DNA of 64,000 nucleotides. It comes from Bacillota bacterium (GTDB taxonomy: Bacteria > Bacillota_I > Bacilli_A > RF39 > UBA660). The notes beneath the pieces were generated by a model that saw only the letters and a program-made list of their open reading frames with translations, was not told the DNA's origin and searched no databases. Shown one piece after another: positions 20,263 through 29,783 of this stretch; the stretch's first letter is position 1, and each line of letters starts with the position of its first letter. The position numbers and the translations under genes are program-made. Where the stretch lies: NCBI GenBank assembly GCA_015059495.1, contig SVAI01000001.1:1055811-1119810 (forward strand), given 5' to 3'.

Positions 20263-22080
20263 TTGATGATAACATTTGAATCAGCTCTAAAAGTATTAAA
20301 AAAGTATGGCTATAAATCTAAAGATTCACAACCATATCTATACAAAAATAATAAAGAAATAGGTATTAACTATTCTTATATAGATGATAAGTATGGAATT
20401 ACAGATAGAGTTATTTCCTTCAGAAATGATATTGATTTAGACATGTTCTTAAAAAAATATCAATGGTATAAACTTAATAATAAAAAATATGATGTTAAAT
20501 TAAAATTAAACAATTATGAGATATCTTCACCAGAGGTATTATATATTAGAGATAATCATGTAATGACTGATGATGAAATGTTTAATATTGATTCATATGA
20601 TAAAACTAAGAAGAAAAACAATAGATTATCTCATGCTAAGAAAAAATTAATCGAAGCAGAGAACTTAATGAATCATTATAATAATGAAAAGAGAATCAAA
20701 GAACAATTTGTTAATAATTTTAATGCTAAAGAAAATGAATTAAGAAAAAATTATATTGAATTACAATCTTTAGTAGATACTTATAATAGAACTAAACAAA
20801 ATATTGAATTTGAAAAGTTTGATAATGAATTTGTTACATCAAAGATAATCGAAGATAATATAAATGAATTATTAAATCAATTTAAAGATAAATTACCTAA
20901 TGAAGAAAAGTTATCTAAACTAACTACTTCACTATGGGATTTAAATAAAGACTTAGAACTAAACGAAGCCTATATGTATGCACTAAAGTATAATGATGAT
21001 GTCGATGAAGAACTAAGACTAACAGTAACTAAAATTGATTATATGAATGAATTATTATCTAAAAAAAGAAATATCTTTAAAATCGTAGATCTTAAAAAGA
21101 TATTTAATAATATAGATAATACAAGTACATATGAAAGTATATATGGTGATGATTTTGAAGAAAAATATAAAACATTTGTATATTCTAAATATGATGTACT
21201 AGATAAAATAGATGAATTTAGATTATGTGAATACTTAAATAACTTCAAAACAAGAAAAACATATGATATTGAAAAGAATATTAAGAGATGTTCTCAAAAA
21301 ACTAATAAAAAGAATGAATATGAATCAATGGAAGTTATTCAAAAAGAATTAACTAAACAATATAATGCTAATCTAAATGAAAAAGAAAAAGCAGCATTAA
21401 CATTATATGTATCTTTATATAAACAATTATTTGATTTAATTCAAAGAATTAATAACTATGATACTTTAGAAACTTCTGAATTAATTAATCTATTAAATAT
21501 TACTGATAATTATAATTCATTAATGGATGAATGTTTTACTAAAGTAAAAGAATTATTAAAAGATAATAAAACTATTAAAACTAAAATATTTAAACATATT
21601 AAATTTAATAATGAAGAAGACTTTATTAAATCATTAGTAAGTACCCTAAAAGTAATATCTAAGATTAATACTAAGTTAGTATTAAAACATAACACTAAAG
21701 TATTCTTTACTGTAAGTGATTTAGAAAATATTAATAAAGAAAAGATTATTACTACATCATCTACAATAAGTCCATATATAAATTCTAATAATAAAAATAG
21801 AGTTATATCAGCAAGACTTAAGAAAGGTATTAATATCTTATATTCACCTAAATACTTAAATATCTTAGATAATAAACTAGAATTAATAGATAACAAAGGA
21901 GAATTACTTCTAGATACAAGAGATATTAATATAATATTAGATGATAATATAGTAACTTATACTAGATTTAAATCTAATATAGTTAAAGAAGAAGATTATT
22001 CATATATTGATAAATATGATATTAATTATAAGATTAATATTAATAAAGCTATAATAGAAAAGAGAGATAACAATGAATGA
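20263..22080 (+). CDS. Hypothetical K/N-rich, predicted coiled-coil cytoplasmic protein
   Basis: 605 aa; GGGAGG SD; no recognisable domain. Confidence 0.4.
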   Translation: MMITFESALKVLKKYGYKSKDSQPYLYKNNKEIGINYSYIDDKYGITDRVISFRNDIDLDMFLKKYQWYKLNNKKYDVKLKLNNYEISSPEVLYIRDNHVMTDDEMFNIDSYDKTKKKNNRLSHAKKKLIEAENLMNHYNNEKRIKEQFVNNFNAKENELRKNYIELQSLVDTYNRTKQNIEFEKFDNEFVTSKIIEDNINELLNQFKDKLPNEEKLSKLTTSLWDLNKDLELNEAYMYALKYNDDVDEELRLTVTKIDYMNELLSKKRNIFKIVDLKKIFNNIDNTSTYESIYGDDFEEKYKTFVYSKYDVLDKIDEFRLCEYLNNFKTRKTYDIEKNIKRCSQKTNKKNEYESMEVIQKELTKQYNANLNEKEKAALTLYVSLYKQLFDLIQRINNYDTLETSELINLLNITDNYNSLMDECFTKVKELLKDNKTIKTKIFKHIKFNNEEDFIKSLVSTLKVISKINTKLVLKHNTKVFFTVSDLENINKEKIITTSSTISPYINSNNKNRVISARLKKGINILYSPKYLNILDNKLELIDNKGELLLDTRDINIILDDNIVTYTRFKSNIVKEEDYSYIDKYDINYKININKAIIEKRDNNE

Positions 22081-22483
22081 TAATATAGAAATGCCTAAAA
22101 CTAATAAGGAAGAAAATATCATTGAAGAATCTAAAGAAATGGTAAAAAAAGATGTTAAAACTTTTAAAATATTCTTTAAAGATGTTAAAGAATATCTAAC
22201 ATCTAGAAATACTAATGAACTAGGTGAACTTGTATGGAGATTAGTTTTAATAGCTTTAGTAGTTATTGCACTATATGTACCATTCCAATTATTTAGAGAT
22301 TTAGGTATTAATATTTTAATATCTGTAGGTATAAATTTTAGTGATAAAACACTAAATATGTATAACTCAATATTTAATATTATGTATTCAATATTTGGTA
22401 TAGTTTTATTCTTTGTATTATGCAAAGATAGATTCTATAAAATAGTTAAAAATCAAGAAGAAATAAAGCAAAAACAAAATTAG
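22073..22483 (+). CDS. Hypothetical small membrane protein (2 TM)
   Basis: Overlaps the preceding gene by 8 nt (coupled); 136 aa. Confidence 0.35.
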   Translation: MNDNIEMPKTNKEENIIEESKEMVKKDVKTFKIFFKDVKEYLTSRNTNELGELVWRLVLIALVVIALYVPFQLFRDLGINILISVGINFSDKTLNMYNSIFNIMYSIFGIVLFFVLCKDRFYKIVKNQEEIKQKQN

Positions 22484-22559
22484 CATTATTGCTAATTTTT
22501 TATTGAAAAAATAGTAATTTTATGTTATTATTTACATATTTGTGAAAAGAGATGATTTT

Positions 22560-24374
22560 ATGGATAAAATTATTAATATTGCTGTTGTTGCACACGTAGA
22601 TGCAGGTAAATCAACATTAGTTGATGCTCTATTAAAACAAAACGGCGCATTTAGAGAAAATGAAGAAGTAAATGATCAAGTTATGGATAGTAATGATCTA
22701 GAAAGAGAAAGAGGTATTACTATTTATTCTAAACCATGTGCAATTCATTATAAGGATTATAAAATTAATATCGTAGATACTCCAGGACATGCAGATTTCT
22801 CATCAGAAGTAGAAAGAATTATGCGTACTGTTGATACTGTAGTATTAATTGTTGATGCTAAAGAAGGACCAATGCCTCAAACTAGATTTGTTTTAAAGAA
22901 AGCTTTAGAACAAAACTTAAGACCAATTTTATTTATTAATAAGATAGATAAAAAAGATCAAAGAGCTGAAGAAGTTGTTAACATGACATTTGATTTATTT
23001 ATGGAATTAAATGCTACTGATGAACAACTTGATTTCCCTATAGTTTATGGTATTGCTAGAGAAGGTAAGACTGGATTATCTTTAGATGGTGAAATGACTG
23101 ATGTTAAACCATTATTAGATGTAATCTTAAATCATGTTAAACCATTCGAAGGTAATGAAAATGATAACTTACAATTACAAATTTGCCAATTAGATTATGA
23201 TTCATTCATTGGTAGACTTGGAGTAGGTAGAATTACTAAGGGTAAAATTAAGAGTGGGCAAACAGTTACTTTAGCAAGAAATGGCTCAAATCAAACTACT
23301 GACTTTAGAATTTCTAAACTATTTGTTGAAGAAGGAATTAAGAGAAAAGAAGTTAGCGAAGCATTCTATGGTGATATCGTAACTATTGCTGGATGTTCAG
23401 ATATTTCAATTGGTGATACAGTTTGTGAAAAAGGAAATGTTGATGCACTTCCTCCAATCACAATCGAAAGACCTACAATGTCAATGAACTTTATGGTTAA
23501 CTCATCACCATTTGCTGGACAATCAGGAAAATTCTTAACATCAAGACATATTAAAGAAAGATTAGAAAAAGAATTAGAAACTAACGTTGGATTAGAAGTA
23601 GAAGAATTACCTGGAACTGATGGATTTAAAGTATCAGGTAGAGGTGAACTTCACTTATCAGTTTTAATTGAACAAATGAGAAGAGAAGGATTTGAACTTT
23701 GTGTTTCAAAACCAGAAGTATTATATGAAGAAATAGATGGAAGAAAATGTGAACCATTTGAAAACGTTATCGTTAATACTCCATCTGAGTATGCTTCAAC
23801 AATCATCTCTGACTTACAAGAAAGAAAAGCAACTCTAACTATAATGCAAAACTCTGAAACTGATGCTAACTATACTCATTTAGAATTTAGTGCTCCAACT
23901 AGAGGTTTAATCGGATATAGATCTGCATTCATTACTAACACTAAAGGTGAAGGTATCATGGTTAGATCGTTTGATGAATATAAACCATATGTTGGTGAAA
24001 TTAGAGGAAGAAAAAATGGTGTATTAGTTTCTATGGAAACTGGTAAAACTTTAGGTTATTCACTATGGAATTTACAAGATAGAGGAACAATGATTATTGG
24101 TCCAGCTGTTGATGTATATGCAGGTGAAATCGTTGGTATTAACAACAGAGATAATGACTTAAACGTTAACCCATGTAAGAACAAAGAAATGTCTAACACA
24201 AGAAGTAAAGCTAGTGATGATGCTATCGCTTTAGTTCCACCTAAAACATTTAACTTAGAAGAAGCATTAGAATTCATCGCAGATGATGAATATGTAGAAA
24301 TTACACCTGATGCAATTCGTATGAGAAAAAAAGTTTTAGATGCAAATGAAAGATATAGATTAAATAGAAAATAG
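22560..24374 (+). CDS. typA: Translational GTPase TypA/BipA
   Basis: G-domain [21 protein letters not shown]; EF-G-like domains; start placed at ATG 22560 by conserved N-terminal spacing. Confidence 0.9.
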   Translation: MDKIINIAVVAHVDAGKSTLVDALLKQNGAFRENEEVNDQVMDSNDLERERGITIYSKPCAIHYKDYKINIVDTPGHADFSSEVERIMRTVDTVVLIVDAKEGPMPQTRFVLKKALEQNLRPILFINKIDKKDQRAEEVVNMTFDLFMELNATDEQLDFPIVYGIAREGKTGLSLDGEMTDVKPLLDVILNHVKPFEGNENDNLQLQICQLDYDSFIGRLGVGRITKGKIKSGQTVTLARNGSNQTTDFRISKLFVEEGIKRKEVSEAFYGDIVTIAGCSDISIGDTVCEKGNVDALPPITIERPTMSMNFMVNSSPFAGQSGKFLTSRHIKERLEKELETNVGLEVEELPGTDGFKVSGRGELHLSVLIEQMRREGFELCVSKPEVLYEEIDGRKCEPFENVIVNTPSEYASTIISDLQERKATLTIMQNSETDANYTHLEFSAPTRGLIGYRSAFITNTKGEGIMVRSFDEYKPYVGEIRGRKNGVLVSMETGKTLGYSLWNLQDRGTMIIGPAVDVYAGEIVGINNRDNDLNVNPCKNKEMSNTRSKASDDAIALVPPKTFNLEEALEFIADDEYVEITPDAIRMRKKVLDANERYRLNRK

Positions 24375-24376
24375 GA

Positions 24377-24399
24377 GAATTTTAATTCTCTTTTTTTAT
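24377..24399 (+). terminator. Rho-independent terminator after typA
   Basis: ggagaattttaattctc followed by a T-run. Confidence 0.55.
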
Positions 24400-24503
24400 G
24401 TTATGTGAAAATTAAATGAAAACTAATTATATTTCTATAAAAAATGACGTTTTTTTATTGATTTTACTTGTTTTGTGGTATAATTTTTATAGGAGGTAAA
24501 ATA

Positions 24504-26066
24504 ATGGAAAAGAACAAAAAGAAAAGTTCAACTGTAAGTAAGAAGTCTACTGTTAAAAAGACAGTAACAAAGAAAACTCCAGCTAAAAAAGCTGAAGAAA
24601 TTAAAAAAGTTGAAGTAAAAGCAACAAAAGTAGAAACTGTTAAAAAACCAAAAAGAGAATTTAAACATTCAACATTTAAAATTCTTGGTTTAGTTATTTT
24701 AGTAGTTGCTCTATTAACTTGGTTCATTAAAGGTGGATCTTGGGATTACACAAATGCTGAAAGTATCTCTTTTGTAGCTAATGAAACTGCAACTAAAACA
24801 GGAATTAATGAATTATTCCTAAGCTTATACTATGGAATTAACTATTATCTAGTTCAACTAGTATTCTTAGCTATTCTTGGTATATTCTATGGAGTTGTTG
24901 CTAAGACTAACGGTTACAAAGCAATGGTTAAAAAATTAGGTTCTTTATTTAAAGGTAAAGAAACTGTATTTACTTTAATCGTTACTTGCTTAATCGCTGC
25001 TTTAACTTCAGTATCAACTCAACCAATCGTTGTTGTAACATTTATTCCTTTAATTATTAGCGTTGCTAAAGAATTAAAGATGAATAAAGTTAGCACAATG
25101 CTAATTACATTCGGTGCACTAGCTGTTGGTCTAATGGGATTAACAATTGGTACTTATGGTATTAATTATGCAGCTACTCAATTAGGCGCTGAATTAACTG
25201 ATGGTCTACTTTATAGATTAGTAGTATTAGTTGTTGGATACTTAGCATTAAATATTTTTGTGCTATTATTCAATAAAAAACATACTAACTTAGAAGTAGT
25301 TGAAGAAGTATTTGAAGAAAGTACTGAAGAATCAAAAGCTAAAGCATGGCCATTCTTCGTATTATTTGGAATTTTACTAGTATTAGTAGTTCTAGGATAT
25401 ATTGGATGGAGTAATGTTTTAGGAATTGAAGTATTTGATAATTTCCATAAATGGTTAACAACTGAAATCGTAGTTGGAAAAGATGAATTACCAATCTTTG
25501 GTGATATTCTTGGAAAGATTACTGCATTCGGTTCTTGGGATCCATTTATCCTTAATTATATTATGATTATAGTTTTAGTATTTACTAAATTCTTAAGTCA
25601 TATTAAATTCGATACATTACTTGAAAATGCACTTGCAGGATTAAAGAAAATGGCTAAACCAATTGCTTTAGTAGCAATGGCTTACTCAGTATTCGTACTT
25701 TGCTATTGGTCAGGTATTACTAACTCAATCGTAAATGTATTTAATACTGGTTCAGGATTTAATCCATACATGACTGCATTAGGTAATACAATTGCTGACT
25801 TCTTACATGTTGATGTTGAATACACAGGATTTGCTTTTGGTGCATTCTATGCTGCAAAATATGCTGACTTTACACAACAATTATTAACTATATTTGCTGC
25901 TACAAGTGGTTTTGTTGCATTATGTGCTCCAACAAGTGTATTTGCTTTAATCGGACTTTCATTTACTAAATTATCTTACAAAGATTATGTTAAAGCTATT
26001 TGGAAGTTTATTGTAGCATTACTTGTTGTATTAGCATTAATATTAACAGTAGTTACATATTTATAA
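24504..26066 (+). CDS. Polytopic membrane transporter (YfcC/DcuC-like?) with lysine-rich N-terminal tail
   Basis: AGGAGG SD before ATG 24504; about 12 TM; family assignment tentative. Confidence 0.4.
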   Translation: MEKNKKKSSTVSKKSTVKKTVTKKTPAKKAEEIKKVEVKATKVETVKKPKREFKHSTFKILGLVILVVALLTWFIKGGSWDYTNAESISFVANETATKTGINELFLSLYYGINYYLVQLVFLAILGIFYGVVAKTNGYKAMVKKLGSLFKGKETVFTLIVTCLIAALTSVSTQPIVVVTFIPLIISVAKELKMNKVSTMLITFGALAVGLMGLTIGTYGINYAATQLGAELTDGLLYRLVVLVVGYLALNIFVLLFNKKHTNLEVVEEVFEESTEESKAKAWPFFVLFGILLVLVVLGYIGWSNVLGIEVFDNFHKWLTTEIVVGKDELPIFGDILGKITAFGSWDPFILNYIMIIVLVFTKFLSHIKFDTLLENALAGLKKMAKPIALVAMAYSVFVLCYWSGITNSIVNVFNTGSGFNPYMTALGNTIADFLHVDVEYTGFAFGAFYAAKYADFTQQLLTIFAATSGFVALCAPTSVFALIGLSFTKLSYKDYVKAIWKFIVALLVVLALILTVVTYL

Positions 26067-26070
26067 TATA

Positions 26071-26097
26071 AAAAATAATCTACGAGAAATCGTAGAT
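26071..26097 (+). terminator. Rho-independent terminator
   Basis: aatctacgagaaatcgtagatt followed by a T-run. Confidence 0.55.
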
Positions 26098-26161
26098 TTT
26101 TTTGTTTAAAATGACAAATTATTACTCATAATTTTCATAGAATTATATCAAGGAGGAATTT

Positions 26162-27727
26162 ATGAGTGAACTAGATAAAATACTTAAGAAAGCAGAAAAA
26201 GAACATGATACTTTAAAACATCCATATGTAGGTACTGAACATTTATTATTAGCATTACTTTCATATGATAATGAACTAACAGATTATTTAAAAGAATTTA
26301 ATTTAACTTATAATAAATTTAAAAGAAAATTAATAAATGTAATCGGAGAAGGTACAAAAAAGTCTGCTTATGTTCTTTATACACCTATGCTAAGAAAGGT
26401 TTTAAAAACTGCTAAAGATAATACTGATGAAATAACTTCAATAGATTTATTTAATTCTCTGTTAAATTCAAAAGAGGGTATAGCAATACGTTTACTAGAA
26501 GAATTAAATATTGATGTTGATAATATTGAATTTATTAACAACGAAGAAATAAAAATTACAAATAGAGATGAAGAAATTAACGAGATCTTTCAAATACTTA
26601 TGAGAAAGAATAAATGTAACCCATTGTTAATAGGAGATGCTGGAGTAGGTAAAACTGCAATAGTAGAAGAAGTAGAAAGAAGATTAAAGCATAACGAAGT
26701 ACCAACAAGCTTAATGGGATATAAAATAAAAAAAGTTGATCTATCATCAATACTAGCAGGTACTAAATATCGAGGAGATTTTGAAGATAAAATAAATAAA
26801 TTATTAACATCTATTGAAAACAAAAAGACTATTATATTTATAGATGAAATACATACTCTAGTAAATGCAGGTGGAGCAGAAGGAGCTATATCAGCAAGTG
26901 ATATCTTTAAACCATACCTAGCAAGAGGCAAAATAAAGTGCATCGGAGCAACAACCAATAAAGAATATAACGAATACTTTAAAACAGATGAAGCACTAAA
27001 CCGTAGATTTCAACAAGTAATAATTGATGAACCGGATAATAATAAAACTTTATCTATTTTAAAATCACTAAAAAAAGAATATGAAAAGTATCATAAAGTA
27101 TCAATAGATAATAATGTGTTAAATGAAATTATATACATATCATCAAAATATATAACTAATAAAAAGAATCCAGATAAATCAATTGAACTATTAGATTCCG
27201 TATGTACTAATGCAAGATTTAAAGAACAAAATAAAGTAAAAATGGATAATTTATACGATGTATTTAAATCTAGATATAAACTAGATATATCTAATAAACA
27301 TATAAGAAATATATTAGATAAAAAAGAAATCTTGTTAGCAACTAAAGATTTATTAACAACTATTAACTGCTCAAATATAATTTATATTGATGGAAATGAT
27401 TACAAGAATGATGAAGATCTTCTTAAATTATATGGTAACATAAAATCTAAAGAAGATTATATACTTAAAAAGGCATTAGAAAACCCTGTTGGAGTAATAA
27501 CTATAACAAATTATAATTATAATGAAATATTAAAAGAATTTATATTAAAATTAACATCTAATAGAAATGTATTAGATAATTTTGGTAACAATATTAATTT
27601 TAATAACTATATTATTATCATGGAAAAAACATCATCCAATAATTCAATAGGATTTACTACAAATACTAGTCAAAATAGTGTAATATATAAGGAAATAAAG
27701 CAAAAAACACTACTACCTAGTATATAA
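26162..27727 (+). CDS. ClpC/ClpB-like AAA+ protein with Clp-N repeats and D1 domain only (no D2)
   Basis: Clp_N repeats (HPYVGTEHLLLALL; second repeat around PMLRKVLKTAKD); D1 Walker A GDAGVGKTA, Walker B IIFIDEIHTL, sensor GATTNKEY..NRRF; C-terminal about 170 aa lacks any second Walker A. Confidence 0.55.
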   Translation: MSELDKILKKAEKEHDTLKHPYVGTEHLLLALLSYDNELTDYLKEFNLTYNKFKRKLINVIGEGTKKSAYVLYTPMLRKVLKTAKDNTDEITSIDLFNSLLNSKEGIAIRLLEELNIDVDNIEFINNEEIKITNRDEEINEIFQILMRKNKCNPLLIGDAGVGKTAIVEEVERRLKHNEVPTSLMGYKIKKVDLSSILAGTKYRGDFEDKINKLLTSIENKKTIIFIDEIHTLVNAGGAEGAISASDIFKPYLARGKIKCIGATTNKEYNEYFKTDEALNRRFQQVIIDEPDNNKTLSILKSLKKEYEKYHKVSIDNNVLNEIIYISSKYITNKKNPDKSIELLDSVCTNARFKEQNKVKMDNLYDVFKSRYKLDISNKHIRNILDKKEILLATKDLLTTINCSNIIYIDGNDYKNDEDLLKLYGNIKSKEDYILKKALENPVGVITITNYNYNEILKEFILKLTSNRNVLDNFGNNINFNNYIIIMEKTSSNNSIGFTTNTSQNSVIYKEIKQKTLLPSI

Positions 27728-27764
27728 TTGTGGTAAAATAATAACAACTAAAGGAGTAATTATT

Positions 27765-27842
27765 ATGTTAACAAAACGATGTTGCACTTACTTATGTATT
27801 AATAATAAAAATATAAAGGAGTGTAGAAATGAAATTATATAA
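27765..27842 (+). CDS. Putative Cys-rich leader peptide ([25 protein letters not shown]) overlapping cysS start
   Basis: AAAGGAG SD 8 nt upstream; 4 Cys codons in 25 codons including tandem UGU-UGC; stop overlaps cysS codons 4-5. Confidence 0.25.
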   Translation: MLTKRCCTYLCINNKNIKECRNEII

Positions 27843-29220
27843 TACTTTAACAAGAACAATTGAAGATTTTATACCTAATAATAAAGATGATGTAAGAATA
27901 TATACCTGTGGTCCAACAGTATATCATTATGCACATATAGGTAATATCAGAAATTATATTGGACATGATATTTTAGAAAAAACTTTAAGATATTTAGGAT
28001 ATGGTGTAACTAGAGCAATGAATATCACTGATGTAGGTCATCTAACAAGTGATAGTGACTCTGGTGAAGATAAAATGGAAGTTGCTAAAAAAAGAGAACA
28101 TAAGAGTGCGATGGAAATTGCTAAATTCTATACTGATGAATTCTTTAAGGATTTTAAAAAAGTAAATTGTAAGGTTCCTGAAATAGTTTCACCAGCAACA
28201 GATAATATTGAAATGTATATTAAAATAATAACTAAATTATTAGAAGATGGTTATGCATATATATCTGGTGGTAATGTTTATTTTGATGTATCTAAGGTAA
28301 AAGATTATTATCAATTAACAAACCATAAGATTGATGAAATGGTAGTAGGAGCAAGAGAAGGCGTAGAAGAAGATGGTAACAAGAGAAATCAAGCTGACTT
28401 CGCACTATGGTTTACTACATCAAAATTTGAAAATCATGAACTTCAATGGGAATCTCCTTGGGGTAAAGGTTATCCGGGATGGCATATTGAATGTTCTGGT
28501 ATTTCAATTAAATATCTAGGAGAACATTTAGATATCCATGGTGGTGGAGTAGATAATATCTTCCCACATCATACAAATGAAATAGCACAATCCGAATCGT
28601 ACTTAGGACATAAATGGTGCAACTATTGGTTCCACAATGAACACTTATTAGATGAATCTGGTAAGATGTCTAAATCTAATGGTGCTATACTTACTGTATC
28701 AGTACTAGAAGAAAAAGGATATGATCCACTAGCATTTAGATTTATGTGCTTAAATTCACATTACAGAAAACAATTAGTATTCTCATATGATGCCTTAGAA
28801 CAAGCTCAAAACACATTAAATAAATTAAGAACAAGAATTGCTAATATCACAAAAGATGGTGAATTAGACAAAGCTAAATTTGATGAATACAATAATAGAT
28901 TTATTGAAAATATTTCTGATGATGTTAATACTGCTAATGCTTTAACTGTACTATATGATTTATTAAAAGATGATGCAGTTAATAATACAACAAAACTAGA
29001 ATTAGTATCTAATTTTGATAAAGTATTTGATGTTAATTTAATTAAATCTAATGAAGTAGATGAAGAATTATTAAAATACATCAATGAAAAGATTGAAGAA
29101 AGAAAACAAGCAAAAGCAAATAAAGACTTTGAACTAGCAGATAAAGTAAGAAATGAATTACTTGAAAAAGGTATTCAACTTAAAGATACTAGAGAAGGTA
29201 CTATATTTGAAATAATTTAA
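27829..29220 (+). CDS. cysS: Cysteine--tRNA ligase
   Basis: HIGN ([12 protein letters not shown]), KMSKS, zinc-binding Cys positions. Confidence 0.9.
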   Translation: MKLYNTLTRTIEDFIPNNKDDVRIYTCGPTVYHYAHIGNIRNYIGHDILEKTLRYLGYGVTRAMNITDVGHLTSDSDSGEDKMEVAKKREHKSAMEIAKFYTDEFFKDFKKVNCKVPEIVSPATDNIEMYIKIITKLLEDGYAYISGGNVYFDVSKVKDYYQLTNHKIDEMVVGAREGVEEDGNKRNQADFALWFTTSKFENHELQWESPWGKGYPGWHIECSGISIKYLGEHLDIHGGGVDNIFPHHTNEIAQSESYLGHKWCNYWFHNEHLLDESGKMSKSNGAILTVSVLEEKGYDPLAFRFMCLNSHYRKQLVFSYDALEQAQNTLNKLRTRIANITKDGELDKAKFDEYNNRFIENISDDVNTANALTVLYDLLKDDAVNNTTKLELVSNFDKVFDVNLIKSNEVDEELLKYINEKIEERKQAKANKDFELADKVRNELLEKGIQLKDTREGTIFEII

Positions 29221-29243
29221 GATAGCATAAGCTATCTTTTTTT
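29221..29243 (+). terminator. Rho-independent terminator after cysS
   Basis: gatagcataagctatc followed by a T-run. Confidence 0.6.
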
Positions 29244-29290
29244 AATGTATAAATATATATTATATTCATAAAATAATAATAGGTGATAAT

Positions 29291-29749
29291 ATGAAAAAAA
29301 TAAAAGAACTTATTATTAGTATAATAATACCCAATGTAGTAGGGGCTATTAGTGCTTTTTTAAGTAAAATTAAAGAGAATTCTAATACTTTTAAACAACC
29401 ATCATTTAATCCACCAGGAATAGTATTTCCAATCGTATGGTTTGTACTATATACATTAATGGGTATATCATCATATTTAATATATAAAGATAATACAACA
29501 TATAAAAGAAGAGCATTACTATTATATGCAGTGCAACTATTTATTAATGGCTTATGGTCTATAATATTCTTTAGATTCAAACAATTCTTATTAGCTTTTA
29601 TAGTTGTAATTATACTAATACTATTAACTATATATATGATTATAGAATACTATAAGATAAATAAAACATCAGCATATTTACAAATACCATATTTATTATG
29701 GTTAATATTTGCAGCCATTCTTTCTTATAGTGTATATACTCTTAATTAA
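29291..29749 (+). CDS. tspO: TspO/MBR-family tryptophan-rich sensory protein
   Basis: 152 aa, 5 TM, conserved Trp/Pro pattern (PPGIVFPIVWFVLYTLMG..., LWSIIFF, LWLIFAAIL). Confidence 0.55.
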   Translation: MKKIKELIISIIIPNVVGAISAFLSKIKENSNTFKQPSFNPPGIVFPIVWFVLYTLMGISSYLIYKDNTTYKRRALLLYAVQLFINGLWSIIFFRFKQFLLAFIVVIILILLTIYMIIEYYKINKTSAYLQIPYLLWLIFAAILSYSVYTLN

Positions 29750-29783
29750 ACAAAAAAAGATAGGAATAAATCCTATCTTTTAT
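29750..29783. terminator. Bidirectional terminator
   Basis: aaaaaaagataggaataaatcctatctttt palindrome between convergent genes. Confidence 0.55.

Noticed and set aside
24458-24484. Promoter TTGATT-15-TGgTATAAT upstream of the 24504 transporter
   Set aside because: The 15-nt spacer is short for a sigma-A promoter. It is plausible but not confident enough to list as a feature.
27728-27828. Possible T-box riboswitch upstream of cysS
   Set aside because: The leader is only about 100 nt and no T-box consensus (AATTAGGGTGGTACCGCG-like) or long specifier stem is present. A short Cys-rich uORF is reported instead.
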